Shown: in pieces, positions 20,636 to 29,912 of the stretch
Numbering within the stretch: position 1 is the stretch's first letter
How the letters are laid out: the number at the start of each line of letters is the position of its first letter
From: Clostridia bacterium
GTDB taxonomy: Bacteria; Bacillota; Clostridia; TANB77; CAG-465
Reading direction: 5' to 3'
DNA length: 64,000 nucleotides
Assembly: GCA_017478805.1 (NCBI GenBank)
Contig: JAFVCY010000010.1
Span: 484 to 64,483 of the forward strand
Made by a program: the position numbers and the translations under genes
Notes under the pieces: generated by a model
Seen by the model: only the letters and a program-made list of their open reading frames with translations
The model's database searches: none
Told to the model about the DNA's origin: nothing

Positions 20636-22486
20636 TCATTTTTTCATTTTATCTTTTTTTAGCTCTGCAAATCTTTTTATCTTCATAGTTGTAGTCTTTT
20701 CAAATGCATCATTTTTAATCTCTAATCTTTTTATAGCTTTATATGAAACTAATTTCTTATTTACTTTTTCCTTTATTTCCTTCCAAATTAAATCATATGC
20801 TGTACTTTCATCAGCATCCTTATTTACCTTCTTTATTTCATCATAATTTGGAATAACTTTTACTGCAACTTTCCAATCGTCTTTTTCCTCATCCTCATAG
20901 CCATATACCATACACTCTTTTATATATGGTATCTTACCTAGCATAAGCTCTAGCTCTTCAGGATATACATTTTTACCATTTCTCGTTACTATAACATTTT
21001 TCTGTCTTCCTGTAATATATATATATCCTTCATCATCTATATAGCCTATATCTCCAGAGTGAAAATAGCCATCTATAATAGTATTTTTTGTTTCTTCTTC
21101 CATTTTATAGTAACCGAGCATTAAAGTTGTGCTTTTTATTAAAAGCTCACCTTCACTTTTTTCATCTTCTGCATCTGTTTTTATTTCTGCACATACTACA
21201 GCTTTTCCAACCGAACCAACTTTAGGTTTAGCTTCTGGCGTAAATGCAGCTATTGGTGCTGTTTCGGTTAAGCCATATCCTTGCAAAAATTCTATTCCAA
21301 TATCTTCTATCCATTTACCAATTTTACTATCAATAGGTGCAGCAGCGCTAACTAATATTCTTAATCTTCCACCTAAACTTTCATGAATCTCTGCAAAAAC
21401 CTTTTTTTTAATATCAATATTAACAGTTTTTAGTGCATTAGTAACATGTATCATGGAATTTACTAGTGCTTCCTTCTTGCTCTTCTTTATATTCGCATTT
21501 ATCTTTTTATACAGATTTTCAACAAGAAGTGGTACTGTAAGCATTATAGTGGGCTTTGTTTCTTGTATATTTGGAACTATGTACTTTAAACCCTCACATA
21601 CTGCAACAGATGCTCCTCTTGAAAATGGCATCAAGAAGCCAATTGTTGACTCATACGTATGATGTAGTGGAAGTATTGAAAGAAGTCTGTCGTTATAATC
21701 CATATATGCATACGAAAGTGCTCCATAAATATTGTCAACTAGATTTCTATTACATATCATAACACCTTTTGAACTAGATGTAGTTCCAGATGTAAATATC
21801 AAAACTTTAAACTCATCTTCATTAATATTATTTTGTAAAAATGTTTTTTTTGAAGGAACATTATCAATTTTTCTATAACCTTCATTTAATAAATAGTTAA
21901 AACCTACATCTTTTTCTTTTATTCCATCTTCTGAGTACATCTCAATATAGTAATCTACAGATTTAAGTTTATCTTTTATTTTCTCTATAGCATCTTTCTT
22001 TTTTGAAGAATATATTATAGCTCTTGCTTCGCATCTACTTACTACATTATATATTTCATCTTCTGGAAGTTCTTTATCAACAGGAACAGCTATTATACCT
22101 GTAACTAGCATAGTAATATATGAAACATACCAATCATATGTATTTTCAGAAATTATTACTACTTTATCTTCCCTTGATATTTTTAATTCGTTTAAAAGCA
22201 TAGTTCCAAGTGAAAGTACATCTCTTCTAAAATCTCTATACGTTATTTCTTTAAACTCACCTTTATGATCAAATTTTTGAAGAATAGCTACCTTATCACT
22301 ATATGTCATAGTCACATGTTCAAACATTTCCTTTATAGTTTTAAAATGTATTAACTCAACTTTTTCTTTTTCAGTATCCTTTTTTAGTGGTATTTCTTCA
22401 ATATTTTCATCAATTTTTTCTACTGATTTAAATTTAAACTTTGGAAATTTTAGTTTAAATTTGAACCTTTTTTTATCATTTAACAT
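20636..22486 (-). CDS. Long-chain fatty-acid--CoA ligase (AMP-binding enzyme), a paralog of 16310-18010.
   Basis: It contains FTSGTTSSSKGVMICN and GYGLTE. Confidence 0.8.
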   Translation of the reverse strand: MLNDKKRFKFKLKFPKFKFKSVEKIDENIEEIPLKKDTEKEKVELIHFKTIKEMFEHVTMTYSDKVAILQKFDHKGEFKEITYRDFRRDVLSLGTMLLNELKISREDKVVIISENTYDWYVSYITMLVTGIIAVPVDKELPEDEIYNVVSRCEARAIIYSSKKKDAIEKIKDKLKSVDYYIEMYSEDGIKEKDVGFNYLLNEGYRKIDNVPSKKTFLQNNINEDEFKVLIFTSGTTSSSKGVMICNRNLVDNIYGALSYAYMDYNDRLLSILPLHHTYESTIGFLMPFSRGASVAVCEGLKYIVPNIQETKPTIMLTVPLLVENLYKKINANIKKSKKEALVNSMIHVTNALKTVNIDIKKKVFAEIHESLGGRLRILVSAAAPIDSKIGKWIEDIGIEFLQGYGLTETAPIAAFTPEAKPKVGSVGKAVVCAEIKTDAEDEKSEGELLIKSTTLMLGYYKMEEETKNTIIDGYFHSGDIGYIDDEGYIYITGRQKNVIVTRNGKNVYPEELELMLGKIPYIKECMVYGYEDEEKDDWKVAVKVIPNYDEIKKVNKDADESTAYDLIWKEIKEKVNKKLVSYKAIKRLEIKNDAFEKTTTMKIKRFAELKKDKMKK

Positions 22487-22649
22487 ATATAATCACCTTA
22501 CATTTTCAAATTCTAGCACATTTTATATATTTTTTCAACACTAACTTTTGCTATCTATTAGAATTTTGATTATTTAAGATATATATTTGCTTAAATATTG
22601 ACTTTTTAACAATTTTATGTTAACATAATATATGGAGGATGAATAATAA

Positions 22650-23513
22650 ATGAGAAAATTTTATGAGTTATCACCACTTACATATAAAATATCTAGAATA
22701 AAAGAAATTGGAAAGAGAAAGGTTATTGACTTTGCATCGCATAAAAAGTTTGCTAGCACTTTTAGTGAAGAAGTATTGCCAGTAGTGATATATAAACACA
22801 ATTCTTTAATTAGAAGAAAACTTAATAATGTTGACATGACACTTCAAGAAAATAAAGCGACAAATCTAAAAATTGCTACTCCTAAAGTAAACAAGATAAT
22901 AATACAGCCTGGTGAAACATTTTCTTTTTGGAATTTAGTTGGCAGTATCACTAAAAAGAAAGGATATAAACAAGGTCTTACCGTTAAAAATGGATATGTA
23001 GATAGAGATATTGGTGGAGGTATGTGTCAGTTTACTAACCTTATCCACTTTATGGTACTACATAGCAGTTTAGAAGTAACAGAACTTCATCATCATAATG
23101 GTATAGATATGTTTCCAGATTTTGGTAGAAAAGTACCGTTTGGAACAGGTACTTCTGTAATGTACAATAGTTTAGATTATGAGTTTAAAAATACTTCTTC
23201 TGATATAACATATCAGTTAATTACATATACTGATGATGAATATTTATATGGAGAGCTTAGAGCAAATAAGCTTGAAGACTATAAATACCACATAAAAGAA
23301 GATTATTCATACTTTGAAAAAGATGAACATGATACTTGGTATAGGTTTAATCAAGTCTCTAAAATATGCATAGATAAAAGGACAGGAAACGAAAAATATA
23401 GAAAAGTCATAGTAACAAACAAAGCTAGAGTACTTTATGATGAGAAGTTTATTAATCCTGAATACGTAAGAAATTTTGTAATTAGTAATTCAGATAGACG
23501 CTATGCTAATTAA
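22650..23513 (+). CDS. VanW-like domain protein.
   Basis: The motif GGGMCQFTNLIHFMVLHS resembles VanW. Confidence 0.6.
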   Translation: MRKFYELSPLTYKISRIKEIGKRKVIDFASHKKFASTFSEEVLPVVIYKHNSLIRRKLNNVDMTLQENKATNLKIATPKVNKIIIQPGETFSFWNLVGSITKKKGYKQGLTVKNGYVDRDIGGGMCQFTNLIHFMVLHSSLEVTELHHHNGIDMFPDFGRKVPFGTGTSVMYNSLDYEFKNTSSDITYQLITYTDDEYLYGELRANKLEDYKYHIKEDYSYFEKDEHDTWYRFNQVSKICIDKRTGNEKYRKVIVTNKARVLYDEKFINPEYVRNFVISNSDRRYAN

Positions 23514-23643
23514 TGATGATGATACATATAAGCAGAAAATACTTGAGTTATATTAAGTATTCTTCTGCTTTTTCTTTGAAAAGTAACAATTATTATTAGT
23601 AATTAATAATATATTATATATACTTTTTATGTGGAGGGTATTT

Positions 23644-23784
23644 ATGTTTAATTTTAATTCAAATAATAATTGTAATCTTACATATATAATAATAATAATC
23701 GCTATTATCATTGTCCTTGCACTTTGCTTAAAAGGTAATAATAGCAATAATTTAAGCTGCGATAATTGTTGCTCAAGTATGTAG
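23644..23784 (+). CDS. Small hydrophobic Cys-rich peptide of 46 aa.
   Basis: A GGAGGG RBS lies 6 nt upstream. The product is MFNFNSNNNCNLTYIIIIIAIIIVLALCLKGNNSNNLSCDNCCSSM, and a terminator follows. Confidence 0.3.
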   Translation: MFNFNSNNNCNLTYIIIIIAIIIVLALCLKGNNSNNLSCDNCCSSM

Positions 23785-23790
23785 GAAAAA

Positions 23791-23816
23791 ATCCCCAGAA
23801 TTTTTATTCTAGGGAT
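23791..23816. terminator. Bidirectional hairpin terminator between convergent genes.
   Basis: The stem is atccccagaat/attctagggat, with T-runs on both sides. Confidence 0.5.
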
Positions 23817-23827
23817 TCTATTATTTA

Positions 23828-24337
23828 TTATACTGCATGCGGTGTAGCTATATTCATATACTTTGAAAGCTGACCAAACTCGTCCTTTTTTATTTGAACC
23901 AATGCAAAATGTACATCAGGTACAGCGATTAAAGTCTCAACACACTTCTTTCCAACGTAGTTCGCTACATAAAAGAGCCGTGCTATTCTTTTAATCCTAT
24001 AGCAATCATACTTTTTTACTCTTTTTCCACTTTTAACTCTTACTATTTTAGGTTTAGAATCAAAGTGATTAGTAGATAAAATGCTTTCAAGAAGGTAAAG
24101 TTCAGAATTTGTTACTTTAAATCTAACATATTCTTTAGCTTTTTTACCGTTTTTATTTTTCAAATTTACCAAATATGTTATCTCATCCATTATCATTTCA
24201 TATTTTGATACAATCTCATCTATGAAATCAAGAAGTTCTTCCTTTTCAGCTTTTGAAAGCCGGCATACTCTTCTTCGCTTTTCTTCTTCCTCCATTTCTT
24301 TAATTATTAAATTGGTTTCATAGCTAAAAGTAGCCAT
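23828..24337 (-). CDS. Hypothetical protein.
   Basis: It is a 169-aa ORF whose family I could not recognise. Confidence 0.45.
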   Translation of the reverse strand: MATFSYETNLIIKEMEEEEKRRRVCRLSKAEKEELLDFIDEIVSKYEMIMDEITYLVNLKNKNGKKAKEYVRFKVTNSELYLLESILSTNHFDSKPKIVRVKSGKRVKKYDCYRIKRIARLFYVANYVGKKCVETLIAVPDVHFALVQIKKDEFGQLSKYMNIATPHAV

Positions 24338-24463
24338 AAAGCATTCCTCCTAATAATTATTGAAGCCATGATATGAAATTTCATACATAAGTCAAAAGCC
24401 CCTTATTAGTAGTATAAAATAAAGCATACATAATGTCAATAATTTTTTACATTTTTATATAAA

Positions 24464-25117
24464 TTATTTTTCCTCTGCTGCATTTAATCTAGTTAGCTCT
24501 TCCTTTTTCTCTATTTTATTTATAACAAATATTGATACTCTTACTATTATAGCGCCGATATATGCCCCTATAATTACATCAGTAAAATTATGAACCCCTA
24601 AATATACTCTAGATATAGGAGTAAGCACCATTACAAGCCATACAAGTATACTAACAGGTATACTTACTTTTTTGTTATAGATATATTTTCTAGTGCAGTA
24701 TAGCATAGTGCCATAAAAAGCAACTCCTATCATTGAATGTGCACTTGGAAAACTATACCCCGATTCATCTATTAAAAAGAAATCAATTGGTCTTTCTCTT
24801 TGAAAGATATGTTTTAGTGCAAAATTAAGTAAAAAAGCAATAGCTGTATTTATAAATATATGTATAGATACCGACTTATCTTTTGCAAGCAAAGATATAA
24901 TAATGAATATTATTGCCATTGGAATTGGTGATAATATAAGTGATATTATATACATTATGTCCTTTAATATATTGTAGTCAAAATTTGTTCTTACAAATGT
25001 AAGTATTTTCACATCAATAGCATCAACTTTATCTATATAAATTACTCCTAACGTTACACTAATTACTAATACTAATATCAGTATTATAAGTTCTATCTTT
25101 GAAACATTTCTTGTCAT
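24464..25117 (-). CDS. PAP2-family phosphatase (BcrC/PgpB-like).
   Basis: It contains the motifs SFPSAHS and SRVYLGVHNFTDV. Confidence 0.8.
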   Translation of the reverse strand: MTRNVSKIELIILILVLVISVTLGVIYIDKVDAIDVKILTFVRTNFDYNILKDIMYIISLILSPIPMAIIFIIISLLAKDKSVSIHIFINTAIAFLLNFALKHIFQRERPIDFFLIDESGYSFPSAHSMIGVAFYGTMLYCTRKYIYNKKVSIPVSILVWLVMVLTPISRVYLGVHNFTDVIIGAYIGAIIVRVSIFVINKIEKKEELTRLNAAEEK

Positions 25118-25330
25118 ATTTCTTCCCCTCTAAACCTAATAATTATTTCCTCAATTATACAATTTTTTTTATATTATTTCAATAATAATATTAACTTTTA
25201 TTGTTTTATGTATATATCTAATCAATTACTAAACTGCTCTTATGCAATTTATTTTTTTCTATATTCACTTAAATACCATTATCTAAAAATGCTATATATT
25301 TTTTAACAGATAATTTCAAGTGCTAATTTT

Positions 25331-25359
25331 CTTTATTAATTTGAATAGTTAGCACATTT
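25331..25359 (+). promoter_or_regulatory. Sigma-A promoter TTGAAT-17-TATAAT driving the structured RNA.
   Basis: The sequence reads ttgaatagttagcacatttatgatataat. Confidence 0.5.
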
Positions 25360-25365
25360 ATGATA

Positions 25366-25695
25366 TAATATTTATTAGTGGTGCATTATTCTAGTTGTTA
25401 TTTAATATTATGAGGGTGGGGCTAAAAATCCACTAAAAGGCACATCGATGAAGTTCTGTATAATTGCGCATTACGCCCAGTTTTGCGCAGCTGTATGGAG
25501 TAAGGCTTTCGGGCTGGATATAACGGCATATATACCTTTGTCCCTAGAGTCGCGGAGACTTATAATTTATTAAATTTTAAGTATAACCTATACTTAAAGT
25601 GCCAAGACACTTTGTGTAGCGTAGCCTGTCTTGAGTGAAAGTAGCGGGATTTATCGTGTAAAATTAAATATTTAAGTGGCCACTTAATATTTAAT
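25366..25695 (+). ncRNA. Unassigned structured RNA of about 330 nt with a GC-rich core (25411-25660), ending in a long hairpin.
   Basis: It is a roughly 45% GC island in 27% GC DNA. No ORF of 60 aa or more is present. Internal stems include gcgca/tgcgc and caagaca/tgtcttg. A long imperfect palindrome around the central aagtggccactt lies at the 3' end. Confidence 0.4.
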
Positions 25696-25973
25696 TTTGG
25701 TAATGAAATTACTTTTGCAACAAAGACTAGTAATATTTAAAATACATTAAGGAAAACTTCTAGAATGTATGCTATATTTAGCATGAGTTATTAAGGATTA
25801 AGGTACGGAATTAAGTGGCGATCTAGTTTCTATGCTGGTGACACATAGATTTTTTTCTTAAATGGAAACGGCCAAATAGTAATATTGGGTGAAAAAAAGA
25901 GAAATTCTACTAGACCTAAACCGTAAAATTTACTTAATAACTTACCATTTTTTTATTATATAGGAGATTTTTA

Positions 25974-26555
25974 ATGAAACAAAGAAAAGAAAGAAAACAA
26001 AATAATAAAAAGAAAATTAAACCCTCGATACTTAGATGGTTTATAACAATAACTATTGCCACTTTCGTGCTTTCGCTATTTTTTAGCTATATATCAACTG
26101 TAGCAATAAATGATATACCTCTTGTATTTGCAATTATTTTGCTTCTGCTTGTTATTTTTATAGGTATATTTTTTGATATAATTGCAGTTGCTGTAACTGT
26201 TGCAGATGAAGCAAATTTTCATGCAAAAGCCACAAAGAAAGTTGAAGGTTCAAAAAAATCTATTCATCTTATAAAGAACGCACCAAAAGTATCTAACGTG
26301 TGCGCTGATGTAATAGGAGACATGTGTGGTGTTCTTTCTGGTAGTATAAGTGCAATAATTGCTATTAAAATAACCTCTTCTTTGAACTTAGATTTTAATA
26401 TTCAAATATTTATTAGTGCTTTTGTTGCATCACTTACAGTAGGTGGAAAAGCAATAGGGAAAGAAATTGCAAATGCAAACTCTGTAAAAATTGTACATGT
26501 TGTTGGTAAATTTTTACATTTTTTTGAAAGGAAAAAAAATACCCATCATAACTAA
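25974..26555 (+). CDS. Hypothetical membrane protein.
   Basis: A GGAG RBS lies upstream and the product has multiple TM segments. Confidence 0.55.
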   Translation: MKQRKERKQNNKKKIKPSILRWFITITIATFVLSLFFSYISTVAINDIPLVFAIILLLLVIFIGIFFDIIAVAVTVADEANFHAKATKKVEGSKKSIHLIKNAPKVSNVCADVIGDMCGVLSGSISAIIAIKITSSLNLDFNIQIFISAFVASLTVGGKAIGKEIANANSVKIVHVVGKFLHFFERKKNTHHN

Positions 26556-26578
26556 TTAGTAGTTATAATGGGTAATTT

Positions 26579-27430
26579 TTATCTAACAAGAAAAAAGTAT
26601 ATAAGTACTATTATTCCAAGTACAATTCTGTACCATCCAAACACTTTAAAATCGTGTTTTTTAATATAGCTCATTAAAAATTTTATTACAATAATTGAAA
26701 CTGCAAATGCAACAAACATACCTACTAGTAATATAGCAAGTTCACTTGATGTAAATGCAAAACCAAACTTAACTATTTTTAGAAGTGATGCTCCAAGCAT
26801 AACGGGCACTGCTAAAAAGAAAGTAAACTCTGCTGCTACATCTCTTGAAACTCCGATAAGAAGTGCTCCAAGTATCGTTGCACCTGACCTAGATGTTCCT
26901 GGGAACATTGCAGCGAGTAGTTGAAATAACCCTATTGCAAAAGCTGTTTTATAACTAATCTCTGAAATGCTTGTAACTTTAGGATTTCTACCACTATTAA
27001 TTTTTTCTACTATTAAGAATCCTATACCAAACACAATTAACGCTATTGCAACAGATGGTGCGTTATAGAACCAGCTATCGAACTTTTCATCAAGTCCTAG
27101 TACTACCATTATAATAGCTGGCAGACATGCAACAATTATCTTTAGCCACATTATCCAAGAATCTTTTTTGAACCATGACAAAACTCCACTTTCCTTTATT
27201 GGAATTTTATTATTTTTCTTTCCAAATGGCCAAAGCTTATTCCAAAATAGTAATATTACTGCAAGAATTGCTCCAAGCTGAATTACAACTAAAAACATAT
27301 CCCAAAATTCTTCTGTTACATTTAGTTTCATAAAGTTTTCAAGAAGTATCATATGTCCTGTACTACTTATTGGAAGCCACTCCGTTATTCCTTCCACTAT
27401 ACCAAATAATGCTGATTTTAATAATTCCAT
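26579..27430 (-). CDS. uppP: Undecaprenyl-diphosphatase.
   Basis: The sequence EGITEWLPISSTGHMIL matches the BacA family. Confidence 0.9.
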   Translation of the reverse strand: MELLKSALFGIVEGITEWLPISSTGHMILLENFMKLNVTEEFWDMFLVVIQLGAILAVILLFWNKLWPFGKKNNKIPIKESGVLSWFKKDSWIMWLKIIVACLPAIIMVVLGLDEKFDSWFYNAPSVAIALIVFGIGFLIVEKINSGRNPKVTSISEISYKTAFAIGLFQLLAAMFPGTSRSGATILGALLIGVSRDVAAEFTFFLAVPVMLGASLLKIVKFGFAFTSSELAILLVGMFVAFAVSIIVIKFLMSYIKKHDFKVFGWYRIVLGIIVLIYFFLVR

Positions 27431-27539
27431 TTTCTCCCCCCTAACAGACTACATTGTACCACATAATTATACAAAAGTTAATAGAAAAAACAAAAATAGT
27501 AATAATATATTTAATTATATTACTACTACTAGATAATTA

Positions 27540-28340
27540 TTATACATTTATAACTTTACTTTCTATTCTTAGTCTATCTGCTATCATTGCTATAAATTCT
27601 GAATTTGTAGGTTTACCTTTATTTGAATTTACAGTATATCCAAATATCTTGTCATGAATTTCTATTTGTCCTCTATTCCATGCTACTTCTATTGCATGTC
27701 TAATTGCCCTTTCAATTCTAGATGGCGTTGTATCAAACTGCAAAGCAAGTTTTGGATAAAGTACTTTTGTTACTGAATTAATTACATCTTCACTTTCTAC
27801 TGCCATGATTATGGCTTGTCTTACATATTGATATCCTTTTATGTGTGCTGGAACACCTATATCATGTATTGCAGCAGTTACTCTTGATTCGAGTGTAGTT
27901 TTATCTATCTCTCTTTTTCCTACAACAGCTGACTGAACAATTTTTAAGTCACCTATTTTTCTTTCAGCTGTAAGTTCAATTACTCTATCTACCAGCTTCT
28001 TTATATCAAAAGGCTTTACTACATAATACATAGCTCCCATTTCAATTGCTGTCTGTGTTATTCTCTCCTGTCCAATTGAAGACATTACCACTATAAGTGG
28101 CATTTTATAATTCTTTCTTTTACCTAGATCTTCAAGAACGTTTAAGCCATCTTTTTCGGGCATAACTATATCTAGAAGTATAATATCCGGCATGTACTCA
28201 TCTATTAATTTTTCTGCATTTCTTCCATCATAATCGTAACATACTACTTCAAGTTCATCTTTTGTGTTAACATAGTCTTTTAAAATTTCTAAAAAATCTC
28301 TATTGTCATCTAAAATCATGACTTTTTTCTTTTCTAACAT
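27540..28340 (-). CDS. spo0A: Sporulation master regulator Spo0A. The ATG is at 28340; the ORF track extends to the GTG at 28355.
   Basis: It has a receiver domain and the Spo0A C-domain ([20 protein letters not shown]...[21 protein letters not shown]...[15 protein letters not shown]). A GGAGG RBS precedes the start. Confidence 0.95.
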   Translation of the reverse strand: MLEKKKVMILDDNRDFLEILKDYVNTKDELEVVCYDYDGRNAEKLIDEYMPDIILLDIVMPEKDGLNVLEDLGKRKNYKMPLIVVMSSIGQERITQTAIEMGAMYYVVKPFDIKKLVDRVIELTAERKIGDLKIVQSAVVGKREIDKTTLESRVTAAIHDIGVPAHIKGYQYVRQAIIMAVESEDVINSVTKVLYPKLALQFDTTPSRIERAIRHAIEVAWNRGQIEIHDKIFGYTVNSNKGKPTNSEFIAMIADRLRIESKVINV

Positions 28341-28379
28341 TTTAATTACCTCCACATGCTTTTTTTAAGCAACAATGAT

Positions 28380-28408
28380 ATTATACTCATCTGCTTTACA
28401 AATTTCAA
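28380..28408 (-). promoter_or_regulatory. Sigma-A-type promoter TTGAAA-17-TATAAT for spo0A.
   Basis: On the minus strand the sequence reads ttgaaatttgtaaagcagatgagtataat. Confidence 0.5.
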
Positions 28409-28439
28409 GATGTATTGTGGTATTTTTTTGGTCTAGTTT

Positions 28440-28456
28440 TGTCGAAAAATGTCGTA
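28440..28456 (+). promoter_or_regulatory. Tandem 0A boxes TGTCGAA and TGTCGTA, 10 bp apart, upstream of spo0A.
   Basis: The sequence reads tgtcgaaaaatgtcgta. Confidence 0.55.
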
Positions 28457-28568
28457 CAATGTTTTACATAATTCAAATTATGCCAAGAAAATACAGAAAT
28501 TTTTAACAAAATTTATGATTTACTGAAGTTTTTTAACAGAAAATGTTACATAATGCCAGGATAAAATA

Positions 28569-29435
28569 TTATATTCCTGGCATTCCTTCTCTATATTGTC
28601 CTCTAGTTTGCACTCCTCCAATACCATTTATTCCTTCTCTAGTATTTGATATAATACTTGCAAGTGGTATAAAGCGGTCAACTGGAGTATACGCTATTGA
28701 TTCTGCCACTATTATTGGGTCGAGCATATCTATTAAAACTCTCTTTGGTGCAGATGCAAAATTTGCTCCTGCAGAAATTAATGCTTCATAATAACTCTGA
28801 CAAGCTCCTGCAAATATTACTAAGTTATCTAAGTTATGTTCATATTTTCTTGCTTCTATTACTGCTCTTACAAAATACTTTGAATTTCTGTAATTATTTA
28901 TATCATACATGTCATTTTTTCTTCTAAAAAATGCGTCATGCCCTGTTAGTATAAGTATATTAGGCCTTATTTGCTGAAGTAGATTATATACATATTTATA
29001 CTGTTCTTGCTCTGCAATATTGTATACATACGCAGTAAGACCCATCCTTCTATAATTTTCTTTACACTTTTCTGTATATTCAGCATCACCATCAATATGT
29101 AAAATGATTCCTGGTTTTTTTAGTATTTTTTCTTTTGTATAGATAAGTGGACTAGTATAATTTTCATTTCTCAAGTTAAATGTTCTATGTACATGGCTAA
29201 AGCATCTATCTAACCTTACATTTCTTGAGTTTTCAAAATTTTTCATACTAGTATTAAGCTCGCTTTCTGATATATGCACTAAATCATTAATATTACTATC
29301 CGCAGAAATTCTGACAGTTACCCCTTGAAGGTCAGCAATTGTACCGTTTATATTTACTATTTTAAAGATTACATCCATATTATATGATTTTCTAGCTACT
29401 ATATCTCCTACCATAAAACTATCCATAATAAGCAC
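28569..29435 (-). CDS. yabG: Sporulation-specific protease YabG (peptidase U57).
   Basis: The N-terminus GDIVARKSYNMDVIFKIVNI and the segments ...PGIILHIDGD...ILTGHDAF...VIFAGACQSYYEALI...GANFASAP match the YabG family. Confidence 0.7.
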   Translation of the reverse strand: MLIMDSFMVGDIVARKSYNMDVIFKIVNINGTIADLQGVTVRISADSNINDLVHISESELNTSMKNFENSRNVRLDRCFSHVHRTFNLRNENYTSPLIYTKEKILKKPGIILHIDGDAEYTEKCKENYRRMGLTAYVYNIAEQEQYKYVYNLLQQIRPNILILTGHDAFFRRKNDMYDINNYRNSKYFVRAVIEARKYEHNLDNLVIFAGACQSYYEALISAGANFASAPKRVLIDMLDPIIVAESIAYTPVDRFIPLASIISNTREGINGIGGVQTRGQYREGMPGI

Positions 29436-29747
29436 CTCATGGTATTATATGAATGTAGGTTATATATTGTGAGAAAAATAAGAATATAAAAAAAGAGTAA
29501 AAAACAATATTATAAAAAATAATAGTTAAGAAAGACCTATAAATTACGCTAACTATACAAAATATAGTTTTTCTATAATATTATTTATTCTATCTAGTAT
29601 ACTCTCTAATTGTAATATTTTACTTGCTTTTTTCCTTACGTTAATGATTAAATATAATTAAAATTATCAGTTAAATCGTCAATATTTTTTCTATATTATA
29701 GAAATTTTAATAGTTTTAAGATTTTTTTCTTCATTACTCATTTGATT

Positions 29748-29787
29748 ACTTTTGTTCGTATATGTTATATCATATACGAACAAAAGT
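29748..29787. repeat. Perfect 17-bp inverted repeat with a 6-nt loop.
   Basis: The sequence is acttttgttcgtatatg ttatat catatacgaacaaaagt. Confidence 0.6.
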
Positions 29788-29912
29788 AACCATATTTTCG
29801 CTATATTATACAAAATAATTATAGTAATTTTTCCATATTTATGATATATTCTTTCTATCTTTTTTTATTTTTACTATTTCTTCTATGAAGTAACTTATTA
29901 TTTTTTATACCT

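Noticed and set aside
25411-25660. Assignment of the GC-rich RNA to T-box, SAM-I, M-box, ydaO, c-di-GMP-I/II, RNase P, tmRNA, SRP or 6S.
   Set aside because: There are only partial chance resemblances, e.g. CTGTATGGAG versus the M-box and AGGGTGG versus the T-box. The required conserved cores are absent or misordered. I left it unassigned.
28569-29435. SpoIVB, as positional synteny with spo0A would predict.
   Set aside because: The protein has no PDZ or Ser-protease (GxSGSP) signature. The sequence matches YabG-family blocks instead.
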